From: Thermoanaerobaculia bacterium
GTDB taxonomy: Bacteria > Acidobacteriota > Thermoanaerobaculia > Gp7-AA8
Length of the DNA stretch: 64,000 nt
Assembly: GCA_036398925.1 (NCBI GenBank)
Contig: DASWOB010000022.1
Coordinates: forward strand, 53,244 to 117,243
Direction: 5' to 3'
Each line of letters opens with the position of its first letter. Within the stretch, counting starts at the first letter, position 1. Below the pieces are notes generated by a model, which saw only the letters and a program-made list of their open reading frames with translations, did no database searches and was not told the origin of the DNA. Both the position numbers and the translations under genes were made by a program. Below are positions 20,321 to 29,693 of this stretch, piece after piece.

Positions 20321-22350
20321 GCGTTCGTGCTTGCGCCGAGCTCCCGCACCAGCCCGGTCGCGCCGTAAACCGCGCGGAGGATCTCCACGATCCCGCGCGT
20401 GTGGACGGCAATCGTGCGGCCGTCGCGCTCCTGATACGCAAAGCTGAAGCCGAGAGTGGGGAGATTGCCGTCGAATACCAGGCCGACCATCGACCCGGAA
20501 CGATCGACCAGCGGACTTCCGGAGCTTCCTCCCACCGTATCGATGGCTGCCACGAAGTTGAACGGCGTCGCCAGCGCCACACGCCCCTTGCGCGCAAGCC
20601 AGCGCTCCGGCAGATCGTACGGCTCGGCATTCGCGCGCGCGGCGGCGCGGTCGTACAGACCGGCGATCGTCGTCGACCACGGCTGCGTCACACCTTCTTC
20701 GTCGACGTAGCCGCGCACCGTGCCGAATCCGAGCCGGGGGGAAAACGTAGCGTCAGGATAGAGATCCGATTTCGCGGTGCGGAAACGGGCGCTGGCGATC
20801 TTCGCGTACGCCTGGCGCAGCGGCTCTTCGACCTCGCTCTCCCAGCGGCGGCGTGCGTTGCGCGCACGTTCGTCGACCAGCTTCGCGAGGAGGATCATCG
20901 GATCATCCGACGCGTCGACCGCCTCCGCGCCTCCTTCCAGCAGCGCGCGGCGTACCTCGACGTCGCCGAGCTTCGTGCCGCGCACCAGCTCCGTCGCGCG
21001 TGCCTTCGGCCCTTTGCCGGCCATCACCTGCCGCACGAGCGGATCGTCGGGAAACTTTTCGAGCAGCAGCGCCAGCGAGTCGGCGAGCATCCGCGCATCG
21101 AGGTCCTGCCAGGTCGACGTCTCCGCGAGGAGCTCGCTCTGCACGCCGATCAAGCGCGCGTCGGTGAACTCGCGCAGCCGCTCGCCGTTCGGTTTGGCCG
21201 ACTCGGCCGCATGGCGGACGATCTGCCGCGCCTGCGAAAAGAGGGCGCTGTCGAAGCCCCACGCCGATTCGAACATCCGCCGTTCGACGTGCAGCGCGCG
21301 ATCGGCGGCCAGGGCGCGCTCGATCGTCTGCCACGGCTCGGGCTCGCTCTGACGCAGGCTCGCCTCCGCGGCCCGCTTCTCTTCGATCGTGGCCGGATCC
21401 TGGAGGGCGGCCAACTCCCCCTCGTACGATTTGCGCGCGTTCTCGAGGTTCAGCAGCTCGTTGGCGGCGCGCCGCTCGTTCTCCGTGCTCCGCTGCGCGA
21501 ATTTGCGCAGCGTCAGCTCGCGGCGGCGGATCCGCTCGAGGATGAACGGATCGACGATGTCGCGCAGAAAGGCCAGATGCGCCGCGGTGCGACCGCGATC
21601 GGTGAAGCCGGGATTGCCCGAGGAGAGGACGAGATCGCCCTCCTTCGCGCCGGCCGCGCTCCAGCGCAGCCAGTGGCTGATCGGCGCCGGCCGGCCGTTC
21701 TCGTACGCGCGGAAAAAGCAGACGTCGAAGTTGTAGCGCGGGTACTCGAAATTGTCGGGATCGCCGCCGAAGAACGCCGCGTCCTCCTCCGGCGCGAAGA
21801 CCAGCCGCACGTCGGTGTAGGCGTGGTAGCGATAGAGGTGATACGCGCCGCCCTGATACAGCGTGACCACGTCGCTGCGCAGCTTCGTCTCCGTGAACGA
21901 CTCTTCCTCGATCGCGGCAATCGCCGCGCGACGGTCGCTTTCCGAGTTCCCGGCCGCATTCACACGCGCCGTCACGTCTTCGATGCTCGCCAGCACGTTC
22001 AGCTCCAGCGAACGGCACGGCAGCTCGTCCGCACGCGTCTTCGCCAGAAAGCCGTTCGCCACCAGGTTCTTTCGTTCGGTGCTGATCTCCGAAAGGCAGT
22101 CAATGCCGATGTGGTGGTTGGTGATGATCAGCGCGTCGGGGGAGACGAACGCCCCCGAGCCGCCGTTGTTGAAGCGGATCGACGAGTGCTGCAGGTGCTC
22201 GAGCCACTGCGCCGACGGCTCGAAACCGTAGCGCACGCGGAGCTGCTCGAGCGGCGGCGCGTTGAACAGCCACATGCCTTCATCGGCATGGAGAAATGGA
22301 CAGACGGAGAGCAGGAGACCGAGGGCGACGGAACGCAACGCGGCAGGCAT
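20317..22350 (-). CDS. S46-family serine peptidase (dipeptidyl-peptidase 7/11-like)
   Basis: 677-aa ORF with a signal peptide. DEGMWL follows the signal peptide, which is the S46 hallmark. There is a His region ITNHH and a C-terminal catalytic Ser region TVGGSSGSPLVDRSG. Confidence 0.8.
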   Translation of the reverse strand: MPAALRSVALGLLLSVCPFLHADEGMWLFNAPPLEQLRVRYGFEPSAQWLEHLQHSSIRFNNGGSGAFVSPDALIITNHHIGIDCLSEISTERKNLVANGFLAKTRADELPCRSLELNVLASIEDVTARVNAAGNSESDRRAAIAAIEEESFTETKLRSDVVTLYQGGAYHLYRYHAYTDVRLVFAPEEDAAFFGGDPDNFEYPRYNFDVCFFRAYENGRPAPISHWLRWSAAGAKEGDLVLSSGNPGFTDRGRTAAHLAFLRDIVDPFILERIRRRELTLRKFAQRSTENERRAANELLNLENARKSYEGELAALQDPATIEEKRAAEASLRQSEPEPWQTIERALAADRALHVERRMFESAWGFDSALFSQARQIVRHAAESAKPNGERLREFTDARLIGVQSELLAETSTWQDLDARMLADSLALLLEKFPDDPLVRQVMAGKGPKARATELVRGTKLGDVEVRRALLEGGAEAVDASDDPMILLAKLVDERARNARRRWESEVEEPLRQAYAKIASARFRTAKSDLYPDATFSPRLGFGTVRGYVDEEGVTQPWSTTIAGLYDRAAARANAEPYDLPERWLARKGRVALATPFNFVAAIDTVGGSSGSPLVDRSGSMVGLVFDGNLPTLGFSFAYQERDGRTIAVHTRGIVEILRAVYGATGLVRELGASTNA

Positions 22351-22359
22351 CGGGGCATG

Positions 22360-25074
22360 CTAACCGCGGAGCGCCGACCGCTCTTTCAACGCTTCGAGCG
22401 CCGGCAGATACTCCGACGCGCCGGGCGACTGCTCGGACAATGCGCCGCGCGCGCGGAGGTCGTGCAGAATTTTCACTCCCTCCTCGGCGGCGGCACGCGC
22501 GCCCGCCCGATCTCCCGACTCGAGGCGCGTGCTCCCGAGTTGCCACAGCGCACGGGCGAGCTCCTGCGCGTCGTGCGACTGGCCGCCGGTCGCGGCCCGG
22601 CGAGCCCGATCGACCGCCGCAACCGCTCTTGGCAAGGCACGCCCGAAGTCGCGCTGTTTGCGCAGCACGTCGACGATCGCCAGCTCGACCCAGATCACCG
22701 ATCGCAGGTGCTCGACATTCGACGGATCGCCCTGATACAGCGATTCGAAATCGCGCCGTGCCGATTCGAGGACGCGCTCGGCCTCCGCCAGACGGCCGGC
22801 GCGGGCCAGCGTCTCGCCTCGGGCCTGCGCATTGTTTGCGGTCGCGTTCACGACCGGCGGGATGGCGCCGTATTTCCCGCGATGCTCGCGCGCCAGGAGA
22901 TCCGCTTCCTCGAAGAGCGCCAGCGCGCGATCGGTCTCGCCACCGCGCCCGTACGTGCTGCCGACCTGACCGAGACCGCCCATGAGGTTCGTCAGCAGCA
23001 GGCGGTTGCCGGGATCGGCGCGTAGCAATCCGCGCTGGATTTGGATGCCTTCCTCGTACAGCTTCACCGCTTCCGCCGTATCGCCGCTCCCTTCCGCGTG
23101 GAATCCGCAGTTCTGCAGAGTGACGGCCAGATGGCGCCGCAGATCGCCGGAAGTCGGATCGAGCGTCACGTTGCGCCGGCGCAGCGCGAGCGTCTTTCGA
23201 TACTCGACGCAACTCTCATCGACACGCCCCGCGTAATAGAGCGAATCGGCGATGCGCTCCTGCGAGGTCGCCTGACGTGACGCGACGATGGCGTCGCGTG
23301 GAACCGCTTGCAGCACGGCGGTGTCGATGGCCAGCGCGCGCCGGAAAAGCGTCTCGGCGTGCGCGAACTTTCCTGCCTCGTACAGCCGGTCCGCTTTCCG
23401 CGATATGGCCAGGGCGTGCGAGCTGCACACGGCCGGCCGCGCGTCGGATCGAGCCCCGGCGCGGCCAAGGACGTCGATGGCGCGATCGTATGCGGCTACG
23501 CCCTCGGCCGGTTTGCTCATGGCCATGAGGATGTCGCCGAGCTCCAGTTCGACGATGCCGTACGTCGACAACTCGTCCGTACCGGCGGTCGCGGAGGCAA
23601 CGAGCGGCATGAGCGCGCGCTCGGCCACACGGATGCGCTGATAGGCCCGCGGCGCATCGCCGAGAGTCAGGTACGCCGAGGCCATGGCCCGGTTCGTCTC
23701 GCCGATGCGCAGATCGAGATCACGGTCCGCACCCCCCGTTTCCCTGACCCGATCGAGAATCAGCCGCGCGCGCTCGAGCAGTTGCAGCCGCGCCTCCGTC
23801 GGTCCGGACATGCGCGACATGGCGTCCGAAACCTGCAGAACCATGTCGCTCGCGGCGTCCGTGGCGATGGCGCGCTGCGCCGCAATCTGCCGACGCTGGA
23901 GCATCAGCGCGACGGCGCCGATGGCGACGATCAGCAGCACGACCGCCACTCCGACGGCGGCCCGGTGACGCTGCACGAACTTGCCGGAGCGATACGCCCA
24001 CGTGCCGCGCCGCGCCACGATCGGCAGTCCCTGCTGATGGCGGCGAATGTCCGCTGCCAGCTCGTCGACGGAGGCATAGCGCCGCGCCGGATCTTTCTCA
24101 AGCGCATGCAGGACGATGTTATCGAGATCGCCGCGCAATGCGCGCACCGCTTTGCTCGGCAGCGGCGGCTCGGCGTCGGCGATCGCGGCAATCGTCTCGG
24201 GCGTGATCGTTTCGAGCTGCACCAGCCGCCGGCCGGTGAGCAGTTCGTAGAGGATTACACCCAGCGAATAGACGTCGCTGCTGGTGGTGACGGTCTGCCC
24301 GCGCAGCTGCTCCGGACTCGCGTATTGCGGCGTCATCGGCCGCATGCCGAGAGCCGTGTTCGTGACCGGCCCGCCGGCGATCATCGGGTCGAGCACCTTG
24401 GCGATGCCGAAGTCGAGCAGCACCGGCCTCCCGTCCGACGCTACGACGATGTTGGACGGCTTCAGATCGCGATGGATGACCGACGAGCCATGCGCGTACG
24501 AAACGGCATCACAGATGGCGAGAAAGAGCGAGAGCCGGTCCGCGATGGAAGGCTGGCGATGCTCGGCCCAGGCGTCGATCGGCTCCCCTTCCACGTAATC
24601 CATCACCAGGTACGGCAGGCCGTCGCCGGTGGCGCCGCCGTCGATGATCCGGCCGATATTCGGATGATCGAGCGACGCGAGCACCTGCCGCTCGTAGTGA
24701 AAGCGGCGGATGATCTCGTCGGTGTCCATGCCTCGCTTGACGATCTTGAGCGCGACGCGCTTGCGGAAGGTATCGGTGCGCTCGGCGAGGTAAACCGTCC
24801 CCATCCCGCCGCGCGCGATCTCGCTGACGATGCGGTAGGCACCGACCGTCCTGCCGATCATCTCGTCGCGCAGCAACCCGGCGGCATCGAACGCCAGCGG
24901 TTTCTCGAGGAACCGCGGATCGTCGTCGTGGGATGCGAGCAGGGCGTCCACGCGCTCCCTCAGCGATTCGTCATCGCTCTCCCGCTCGAGGAACGGCCGG
25001 CGCTCGTCGGGTGGAAGCTCGAGCGCGCGATGGAACAGCGTCTTGATCCGATCCCACTGCCCGGCCGTATCCAT
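22360..25074 (-). CDS. Serine/threonine protein kinase with a long C-terminal TPR/tetratricopeptide-like sensor domain, paired with the upstream ECF sigma factor
   Basis: 904-aa ORF. Kinase motifs: GGMGTVYLAER, ALK, HRDLKPSNIVV, DFGIAK, SPEQ. There is a TM helix (AAVGVAVVLLIVAIGAVALM) and then about 500 aa of TPR-like repeats. The N-terminus MDTAGQWDRIKTLFHRALELPPDERRPFLE is typical of ECF-associated kinases. Confidence 0.85.
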   Translation of the reverse strand: MDTAGQWDRIKTLFHRALELPPDERRPFLERESDDESLRERVDALLASHDDDPRFLEKPLAFDAAGLLRDEMIGRTVGAYRIVSEIARGGMGTVYLAERTDTFRKRVALKIVKRGMDTDEIIRRFHYERQVLASLDHPNIGRIIDGGATGDGLPYLVMDYVEGEPIDAWAEHRQPSIADRLSLFLAICDAVSYAHGSSVIHRDLKPSNIVVASDGRPVLLDFGIAKVLDPMIAGGPVTNTALGMRPMTPQYASPEQLRGQTVTTSSDVYSLGVILYELLTGRRLVQLETITPETIAAIADAEPPLPSKAVRALRGDLDNIVLHALEKDPARRYASVDELAADIRRHQQGLPIVARRGTWAYRSGKFVQRHRAAVGVAVVLLIVAIGAVALMLQRRQIAAQRAIATDAASDMVLQVSDAMSRMSGPTEARLQLLERARLILDRVRETGGADRDLDLRIGETNRAMASAYLTLGDAPRAYQRIRVAERALMPLVASATAGTDELSTYGIVELELGDILMAMSKPAEGVAAYDRAIDVLGRAGARSDARPAVCSSHALAISRKADRLYEAGKFAHAETLFRRALAIDTAVLQAVPRDAIVASRQATSQERIADSLYYAGRVDESCVEYRKTLALRRRNVTLDPTSGDLRRHLAVTLQNCGFHAEGSGDTAEAVKLYEEGIQIQRGLLRADPGNRLLLTNLMGGLGQVGSTYGRGGETDRALALFEEADLLAREHRGKYGAIPPVVNATANNAQARGETLARAGRLAEAERVLESARRDFESLYQGDPSNVEHLRSVIWVELAIVDVLRKQRDFGRALPRAVAAVDRARRAATGGQSHDAQELARALWQLGSTRLESGDRAGARAAAEEGVKILHDLRARGALSEQSPGASEYLPALEALKERSALRG

Positions 25075-25331
25075 GAAGATCTCCGTGAGCCGTTCCGGAG
25101 CCGGATTCCGCGTGAGTCAGCGGGACCGAAGTTTCCGGAGACGACATGAGAAAGCGACACCTGTCCAACGTTCTGTACGCGCTCGCCGCCGCGACTGCCG
25201 CGGCGCCGTTTGCCCTTGCCCTCTTCACTCCCGCCGGCGCGGCCGCGGCCACCGCCGCGACTGCCGTCCTCGTGCTCGCACTCTTCACTGCCGCGGATGC
25301 CGCCGGTTCATGACGTGAGCTGCTGCCGCAA

Positions 25332-25871
25332 CTAGGCGCGGGCCATCGTCCAGTCGCGTTTGACCGTCGCCACGGCGATGCCGAGCGCCTCCGCCGTCTC
25401 CTCGTTCGTCGCCCCGGCGAAGTAGCGCAGCTCGACGATGCGGCTTTGTCGCTCATCGATCTCCGCCAGCCGCTGGAGCGCGCGATCGAGATCCTCGAGG
25501 TCGACCTCCCGCTCCGAGGTCGAGGCCGACAGCGCTTCGTCGAGCTCCAGCTTCGTCGCGCCGCCGCCACGCTTTTCCGCGCGGACGCTGCGTGCGTGAT
25601 CGACGAGCAGCCGGCGCATGATCTGCGCGGCAATCCCGAAGAAGTGCGCGCGATTCTGCCAGCGGACCCGGCGTTGATCGACGAGGCGCAGATAGGCCTC
25701 ATTGACGAGCGCGGTCGGCTGCAGGGTGTGATCGCCCCGCTCGCGCCCGAGATAGCCGCGAGCGAGGCCGCGCAGCTCGTCGTACACCAGCGGCATCAGC
25801 GCATCGAGCGCACCGCTGTCGCCGTCGCTCCATTCGAGCAGCAGCCGCGTGACCTCCGGACGGACGTCCAC
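25332..25871 (-). CDS. ECF (sigma-70 family) RNA polymerase sigma factor, kinase-associated type
   Basis: 179-aa ORF with sigma region 2 (ALVNEAYLRL) and region 4 (RIVELRYFAGATNEETAEALGIAVATVKRDW). It is co-oriented with and directly upstream of the Ser/Thr kinase, the arrangement seen for ECF43-like sigma factors. Confidence 0.85.
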   Translation of the reverse strand: MDVRPEVTRLLLEWSDGDSGALDALMPLVYDELRGLARGYLGRERGDHTLQPTALVNEAYLRLVDQRRVRWQNRAHFFGIAAQIMRRLLVDHARSVRAEKRGGGATKLELDEALSASTSEREVDLEDLDRALQRLAEIDERQSRIVELRYFAGATNEETAEALGIAVATVKRDWTMARA

Positions 25872-26046
25872 AATCAGGAGTGACGCCGGAGCACGATTCC
25901 TTACCCGCGGATTACCAGGAGGGGCGGCGGCGAAGCAGGGTGAGCCATGCGGTGGCTTCGGGAGAGAGGGGAAAATCGTGGCAGGACATCGAACCCTCCA
26001 GGCAGGAAAAGGAGGCGGGATCGAGCCCGCCTCCCGTGGTTGATCG

Positions 26047-26175
26047 TTAGTCGTCGTCGTCGTCGAAGAGAATGTCGGTTACCACTTCGGCGGTGAACCT
26101 CACGATGGTCGGTGCTTCGATGTCTTCCAGGATTTCCTCGATTCCCCACTTCACGATGGTCTTCAGGATCGACAT
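26047..26175 (-). CDS. Tiny ORF (42 aa) with a strong SD and a poly-Asp C-terminus; paralog of the next tiny ORF
   Basis: Hand translation gives MSILKTIVKWGIEEILEDIEAPTIVRFTAEVVTDILFDDDDD. SD gaaggag is 7 nt upstream of the ATG. It is below the ORF-track size cutoff. GC is lower than the surroundings. Confidence 0.4.
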   Translation of the reverse strand: MSILKTIVKWGIEEILEDIEAPTIVRFTAEVVTDILFDDDDD

Positions 26176-26192
26176 GACTGGCTCCTTCTCGG

Positions 26193-26346
26193 TTAGCTGA
26201 ATTTCGAGATGACTTTTCGGGTGACGAATTCGGCGGTCGCCTTCACGGCGATCTGACCCGACCGTGGCACTCCCACGGCCTCGGCGATCTTTTCGGCGGC
26301 CTTTCCGACAACGGTTTCGGCGGCGTATGTAATCAGTTTCAGCATT
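26193..26346 (-). CDS. Tiny ORF (50 aa) with a strong SD; paralog of the 26047..26175 ORF
   Basis: Hand translation gives [52 protein letters not shown] aggagg is 7 nt upstream. It shares K(L/T)I...I(A/V)V(K/R)(A/F)TAE(F/V)VT with the neighbouring ORF. Confidence 0.4.
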
Positions 26347-26424
26347 CGTTTTCCTCCTGCACAGACACGCGGAGAACGGCTGAAAAACGGCTCATGCTCA
26401 CCGGCACGTGCTAACGTCCGGTGC

Positions 26425-27213
26425 ATGAATCTCGAGTTGCAGAATCGTGTGGCCATGGTGGCCGCCTCATCGAAAGGCCTCGGGCGCGCCATCGCCGAAT
26501 CGCTCGCCAACGAAGGCGCACGCCTCTCGATCTGCGCCCGCTCGCTCGAATCGCTGGAGTCCGCGCGCAAAACCATCGAAGACGCGGGCGCCGAGGTGCT
26601 GCCGGTCGCGTGCGACGTCTCGAAGGCGGACGATCTGCAACGCTGGTACGACGCGACCATCGAGCGCTTCGGCCAGGTCGACATCCTCGTCACGAACACC
26701 GGAGGGCCTCCCGCCGCGCCGTTCCTGAAGCTCACCGAGGAGCAGTGGATGTCGGGGATCGACTCGACGCTGATGAACGTCATCCGCCTCTCGCGCCTGG
26801 TCATCCCTGGCATGCAGCAGCGGCGCTGGGGACGGATTGTCCACATCACCTCACTCGTCGCCAAACAGCCGAACGAATTGCTGACCGTCAGCTCCACGTT
26901 GCGCGCCGGCATTTCCGGCCTGACGAAGACCATGGCCAACCAGCTCGCGGCCGACAACATCCTCGTCAACGCCGTGCTGCCGGGACACTTCATGACCGAC
27001 CGCCAGATCCACCTCAGCGAGATCCGCGCAAAAGAACGCGGCATCACCCCGCAGGAGTACCTCGACGACGCCGTGAAGGCGATCCCCCTCGGCCGCTACG
27101 GACGGCCGGACGAACTGGCCAGCGTGGTGACGTTCCTCTGCAGCGAACGGGCGAGCTTCGTCACCGGCGCGTCGTGGCAGGTGGACGGCGGGCAGATTCG
27201 CAGCACGTTCTAG
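26425..27213 (+). CDS. Short-chain dehydrogenase/reductase (SDR) family oxidoreductase
   Basis: 262-aa ORF. It has the Rossmann motif [13 protein letters not shown] and an NTGG variant of the NAG motif, spaced as in classical SDRs. The catalytic YxxxK is not evident (SxxxR instead), so it may be atypical. Confidence 0.8.
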   Translation: MNLELQNRVAMVAASSKGLGRAIAESLANEGARLSICARSLESLESARKTIEDAGAEVLPVACDVSKADDLQRWYDATIERFGQVDILVTNTGGPPAAPFLKLTEEQWMSGIDSTLMNVIRLSRLVIPGMQQRRWGRIVHITSLVAKQPNELLTVSSTLRAGISGLTKTMANQLAADNILVNAVLPGHFMTDRQIHLSEIRAKERGITPQEYLDDAVKAIPLGRYGRPDELASVVTFLCSERASFVTGASWQVDGGQIRSTF

Positions 27214-27229
27214 GGGAATTGGCGGCGCC

Positions 27230-28702
27230 GTGTCACTCCGTAGACGTATGAGTGATGAAACGCGTGTCGCTGCCGCCATCGAACCGACCGCCCCTGGCGA
27301 GTCGAATATTCGTTCCTTCCAGAACCGCGGCGCGGAGATGCGCTTTCACGGTGCGGGCGAGCTGCGGGGGCTCAACGTCCCGCGCTCCTGGTACTTTGAC
27401 AGCGGCCGCTTCGGGCGGCTCTTTCCGATGCTGCCGCCGTTTCACGCCGATCCCGGCGCGCTGCTCGAGCTGGGCAAAGCGGGCGGCCCGATGGACGGAG
27501 GCCTGACCGCTCCCGACAATCCGTCGGGCCTACCTGTAGGGTTCACGTTCCTCGGCCAGTTCATCGATCACGACATCACCTTCGATCCGACCTCGAGCCT
27601 CGAACGGCAGGTCGATCCGGAAGCGGTCGCGAACTTCCGAACGCCGACGCTGGAGCTGGACAACGTGTACGGCTCCGGGCCGGGTGCCAGTCCGCATCTG
27701 TACGACCGCCGCAATCGCAACAAACTACTGATCGGCGACGGCACGACCACGCACGACGTGCCGCGCAATGCGCAGGCCGTCGCGCTGATCGGCGATCCAC
27801 GCAACGACGAGAACCTGATCGTCTCGCAGATTCACCTCGCATTCCTCCGCTTCCACAATGCGGTCGTCGACGACGTCGCAACAACGCCGGTGCCGGGACG
27901 GAGCACGTTCGAGGAGGCGCAGCGGCGCGTGCGCTGGCACTACCAGTGGATGATCGTCCACGAGTTCCTCCCGCACATCGTCGGCAAAAAGATGGTGGAG
28001 GACGTGCTGAAGAATGGGCGGAAGTTTTACGACTGGCGTCACGAGCCGTTCATGCCCGTCGAGTTCTCCGTCGCTGCTTATCGGTTCGGCCACAGCCAAG
28101 TGCGGCCCGGCTACACGCTGCGGCCCGGCAAGCAGTTCCCGATCTTCGTCGCCGACCCGCCACCGCCCGATCAACCGCGCAAGGACCTCTCCGGCAGCCG
28201 CCCCATCGCTGCCGATGAGACGATCGAGCAAGCGCTGTTCTTCAAGCTTCAGGGGCCGCCGCCGGCCAGTAAAGCGATCGACACGAAGCTCTCCTCACCG
28301 CTGCTCAATCTGCCGCTCTTCGGGTTGCCGGACAAACATCCGGAACGCTCGCTCGCCACGCGCAATCTGCTGCGCCATCTGACGTTCGGCTTGCCCACCG
28401 GACAGGCGGTCGCACAGGCTATGAGCGAAACACCGCTCACACCGGACGACCTGAAGGCGGTGCGCGATCTCGGTTTCGATCAGGAGACGCCGCTCTGGTA
28501 CTACATCCTGGCCGAGGCGGAGCTGGAGGAGAAAGGCGCACACCTCGGCGCCGTCGGTGGAAGGATCGTCGCGGAGGTGCTGATCGGCCTGATCCAGGGA
28601 GATCGGATGTCGTACCTCCGGCAAAATCCAAAGTGGAAGCCGTTCCTCGGTAAGGACGGCGACTTCACGATGGCCGATCTCTTCGCACTGATCGGCGCGT
28701 AG
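27230..28702 (+). CDS. Animal-type heme peroxidase family protein (PF03098-like)
   Basis: 490-aa ORF starting 17 nt after the SDR stop. Hallmarks: FLGQFIDHDITFD (distal His region) and AAYRFGHSQV (proximal His region), as in bacterial peroxidase / cyclooxygenase-like family members. Confidence 0.8.
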   Translation: MSLRRRMSDETRVAAAIEPTAPGESNIRSFQNRGAEMRFHGAGELRGLNVPRSWYFDSGRFGRLFPMLPPFHADPGALLELGKAGGPMDGGLTAPDNPSGLPVGFTFLGQFIDHDITFDPTSSLERQVDPEAVANFRTPTLELDNVYGSGPGASPHLYDRRNRNKLLIGDGTTTHDVPRNAQAVALIGDPRNDENLIVSQIHLAFLRFHNAVVDDVATTPVPGRSTFEEAQRRVRWHYQWMIVHEFLPHIVGKKMVEDVLKNGRKFYDWRHEPFMPVEFSVAAYRFGHSQVRPGYTLRPGKQFPIFVADPPPPDQPRKDLSGSRPIAADETIEQALFFKLQGPPPASKAIDTKLSSPLLNLPLFGLPDKHPERSLATRNLLRHLTFGLPTGQAVAQAMSETPLTPDDLKAVRDLGFDQETPLWYYILAEAELEEKGAHLGAVGGRIVAEVLIGLIQGDRMSYLRQNPKWKPFLGKDGDFTMADLFALIGA

Positions 28703-28705
28703 CGA

Positions 28706-29589
28706 TCACTCCCAGCTCGTGCCGTTCATCTCCGCGACGATCTTCGCCACTTCGATGTAGTCGGCGTTCTCCCCGAGTTGCTTGAGCGCTCCGGTGAACA
28801 GTTGCTGCGTCAGGGCGAGCATCGGCGTCGAGGCGTGCAGTTGATGCGAGAGACTGCCGGCGATGCGGATGTCTTTGTCGTGGTGGGCGAGCTTGAAGAC
28901 CAGCGGCCACTGGCCGTCGCGCAGACGCATCGGCAGCAGGTTCTCCGACGCGTTGGAACGGCCGCTGCCGGAGTTCGTGACCTCGAGGGCGGTCTTCATG
29001 TCGATGCCGAGCTGTTTGGCCAGCAGCAGGCACTCGGAGGTGATCCAGACCGTGGCGCCCATGATGGAGTTGGTCAGCACCTTGATGGCGTGGCCAGCGC
29101 CGACGTCGCCGACGTGAATGATCTTCTTTCCGTTCAGCCGCAGCACTTCCTCGGCGCGCGCAAAGTTCTCCGCTGAGCCGCCGATCATGATCGTGAGCGT
29201 GGCGTTCTCGGCCCCGACGATCGCTCCGGTGACCGGCGCATCGACGAAGCCAACCTCTTTCGCCGCCAGCCGTTTCGCCGTTTCGCGGCCGACGTTCGGA
29301 TCGCCACTGGTGGCGTCGATCCAGAGCGTGCCGGGCTTCAGATACTCGATCAGTTGATCGACGACCTCATCGACCTCTTTGCTGGTCGGGAGGATGGTGA
29401 TGATCACCTCCGTACCGCTGATCTCGCGCAGATCGTGCGCGAGGTGCGAGCCGTGCTCCCGCGCGTGCCTCTCGGCTTTCTCGCGGGTGCGGTTCCAGAC
29501 CAGCACGTCGTGCTCTTTGGCGAGGTGGCGCGCCATCGGGAAGCCCATGGCGCCGAGGCCGATGAATCCGATCTTCATGGGCAGGATCA
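28706..29589 (-). CDS. 3-hydroxyisobutyrate dehydrogenase-like NAD(P)-dependent oxidoreductase (6-PGDH NAD-binding family)
   Basis: The protein from M(ILP)MKIGFIGLGAMGFPMARHL has the classic HIBADH N-terminus, and the C-terminal helical domain is present. The real start is the ATG at about 29577-29589. The ORF-track start at 29869 is an artefact of translating the 21-bp repeat array (LPLPA repeats). Confidence 0.8.
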
Positions 29590-29693
29590 TACCGGGTGAA
29601 CGGGCCGGCTTCGGTGGCAACGAGCGGGTCGCTGTCGAGCCGTCGAGCGGCCTGACCGCGGAAGCAATCTCGCTGACGACGAAAGAGTGCGTG

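Noticed and set aside
20401-23025. 874-aa plus-strand ORF, and similar long plus-strand ORFs (12872..14605, 14434..15903, 16868..18214, 23308..25149, 32523..34547, 35608..37104, 42338..43987, 43786..45159, 46736..48553, 61290..62882, 62906..63925)
   Set aside because: All lie antisense to minus-strand genes with clear family-level homology (S46 peptidase, kinases, selD, lepA, GreA-like, mpl, pitA, phoR, pstAB, HK, kaiC). They have the Arg/Ala/Gly/Asp-rich low-complexity composition typical of high-GC shadow ORFs.
25146-25313. 55-aa Ala-rich plus-strand ORF (MRKRHLSNVLYALAAATAAAPFALALFTPAGAAAATAATAVLVLALFTAADAAGS) between the ECF sigma factor and the kinase
   Set aside because: It is on the wrong strand for an anti-sigma factor, has no SD, and its composition is consistent with GC-rich intergenic DNA. 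It is kept only as a low-probability candidate.
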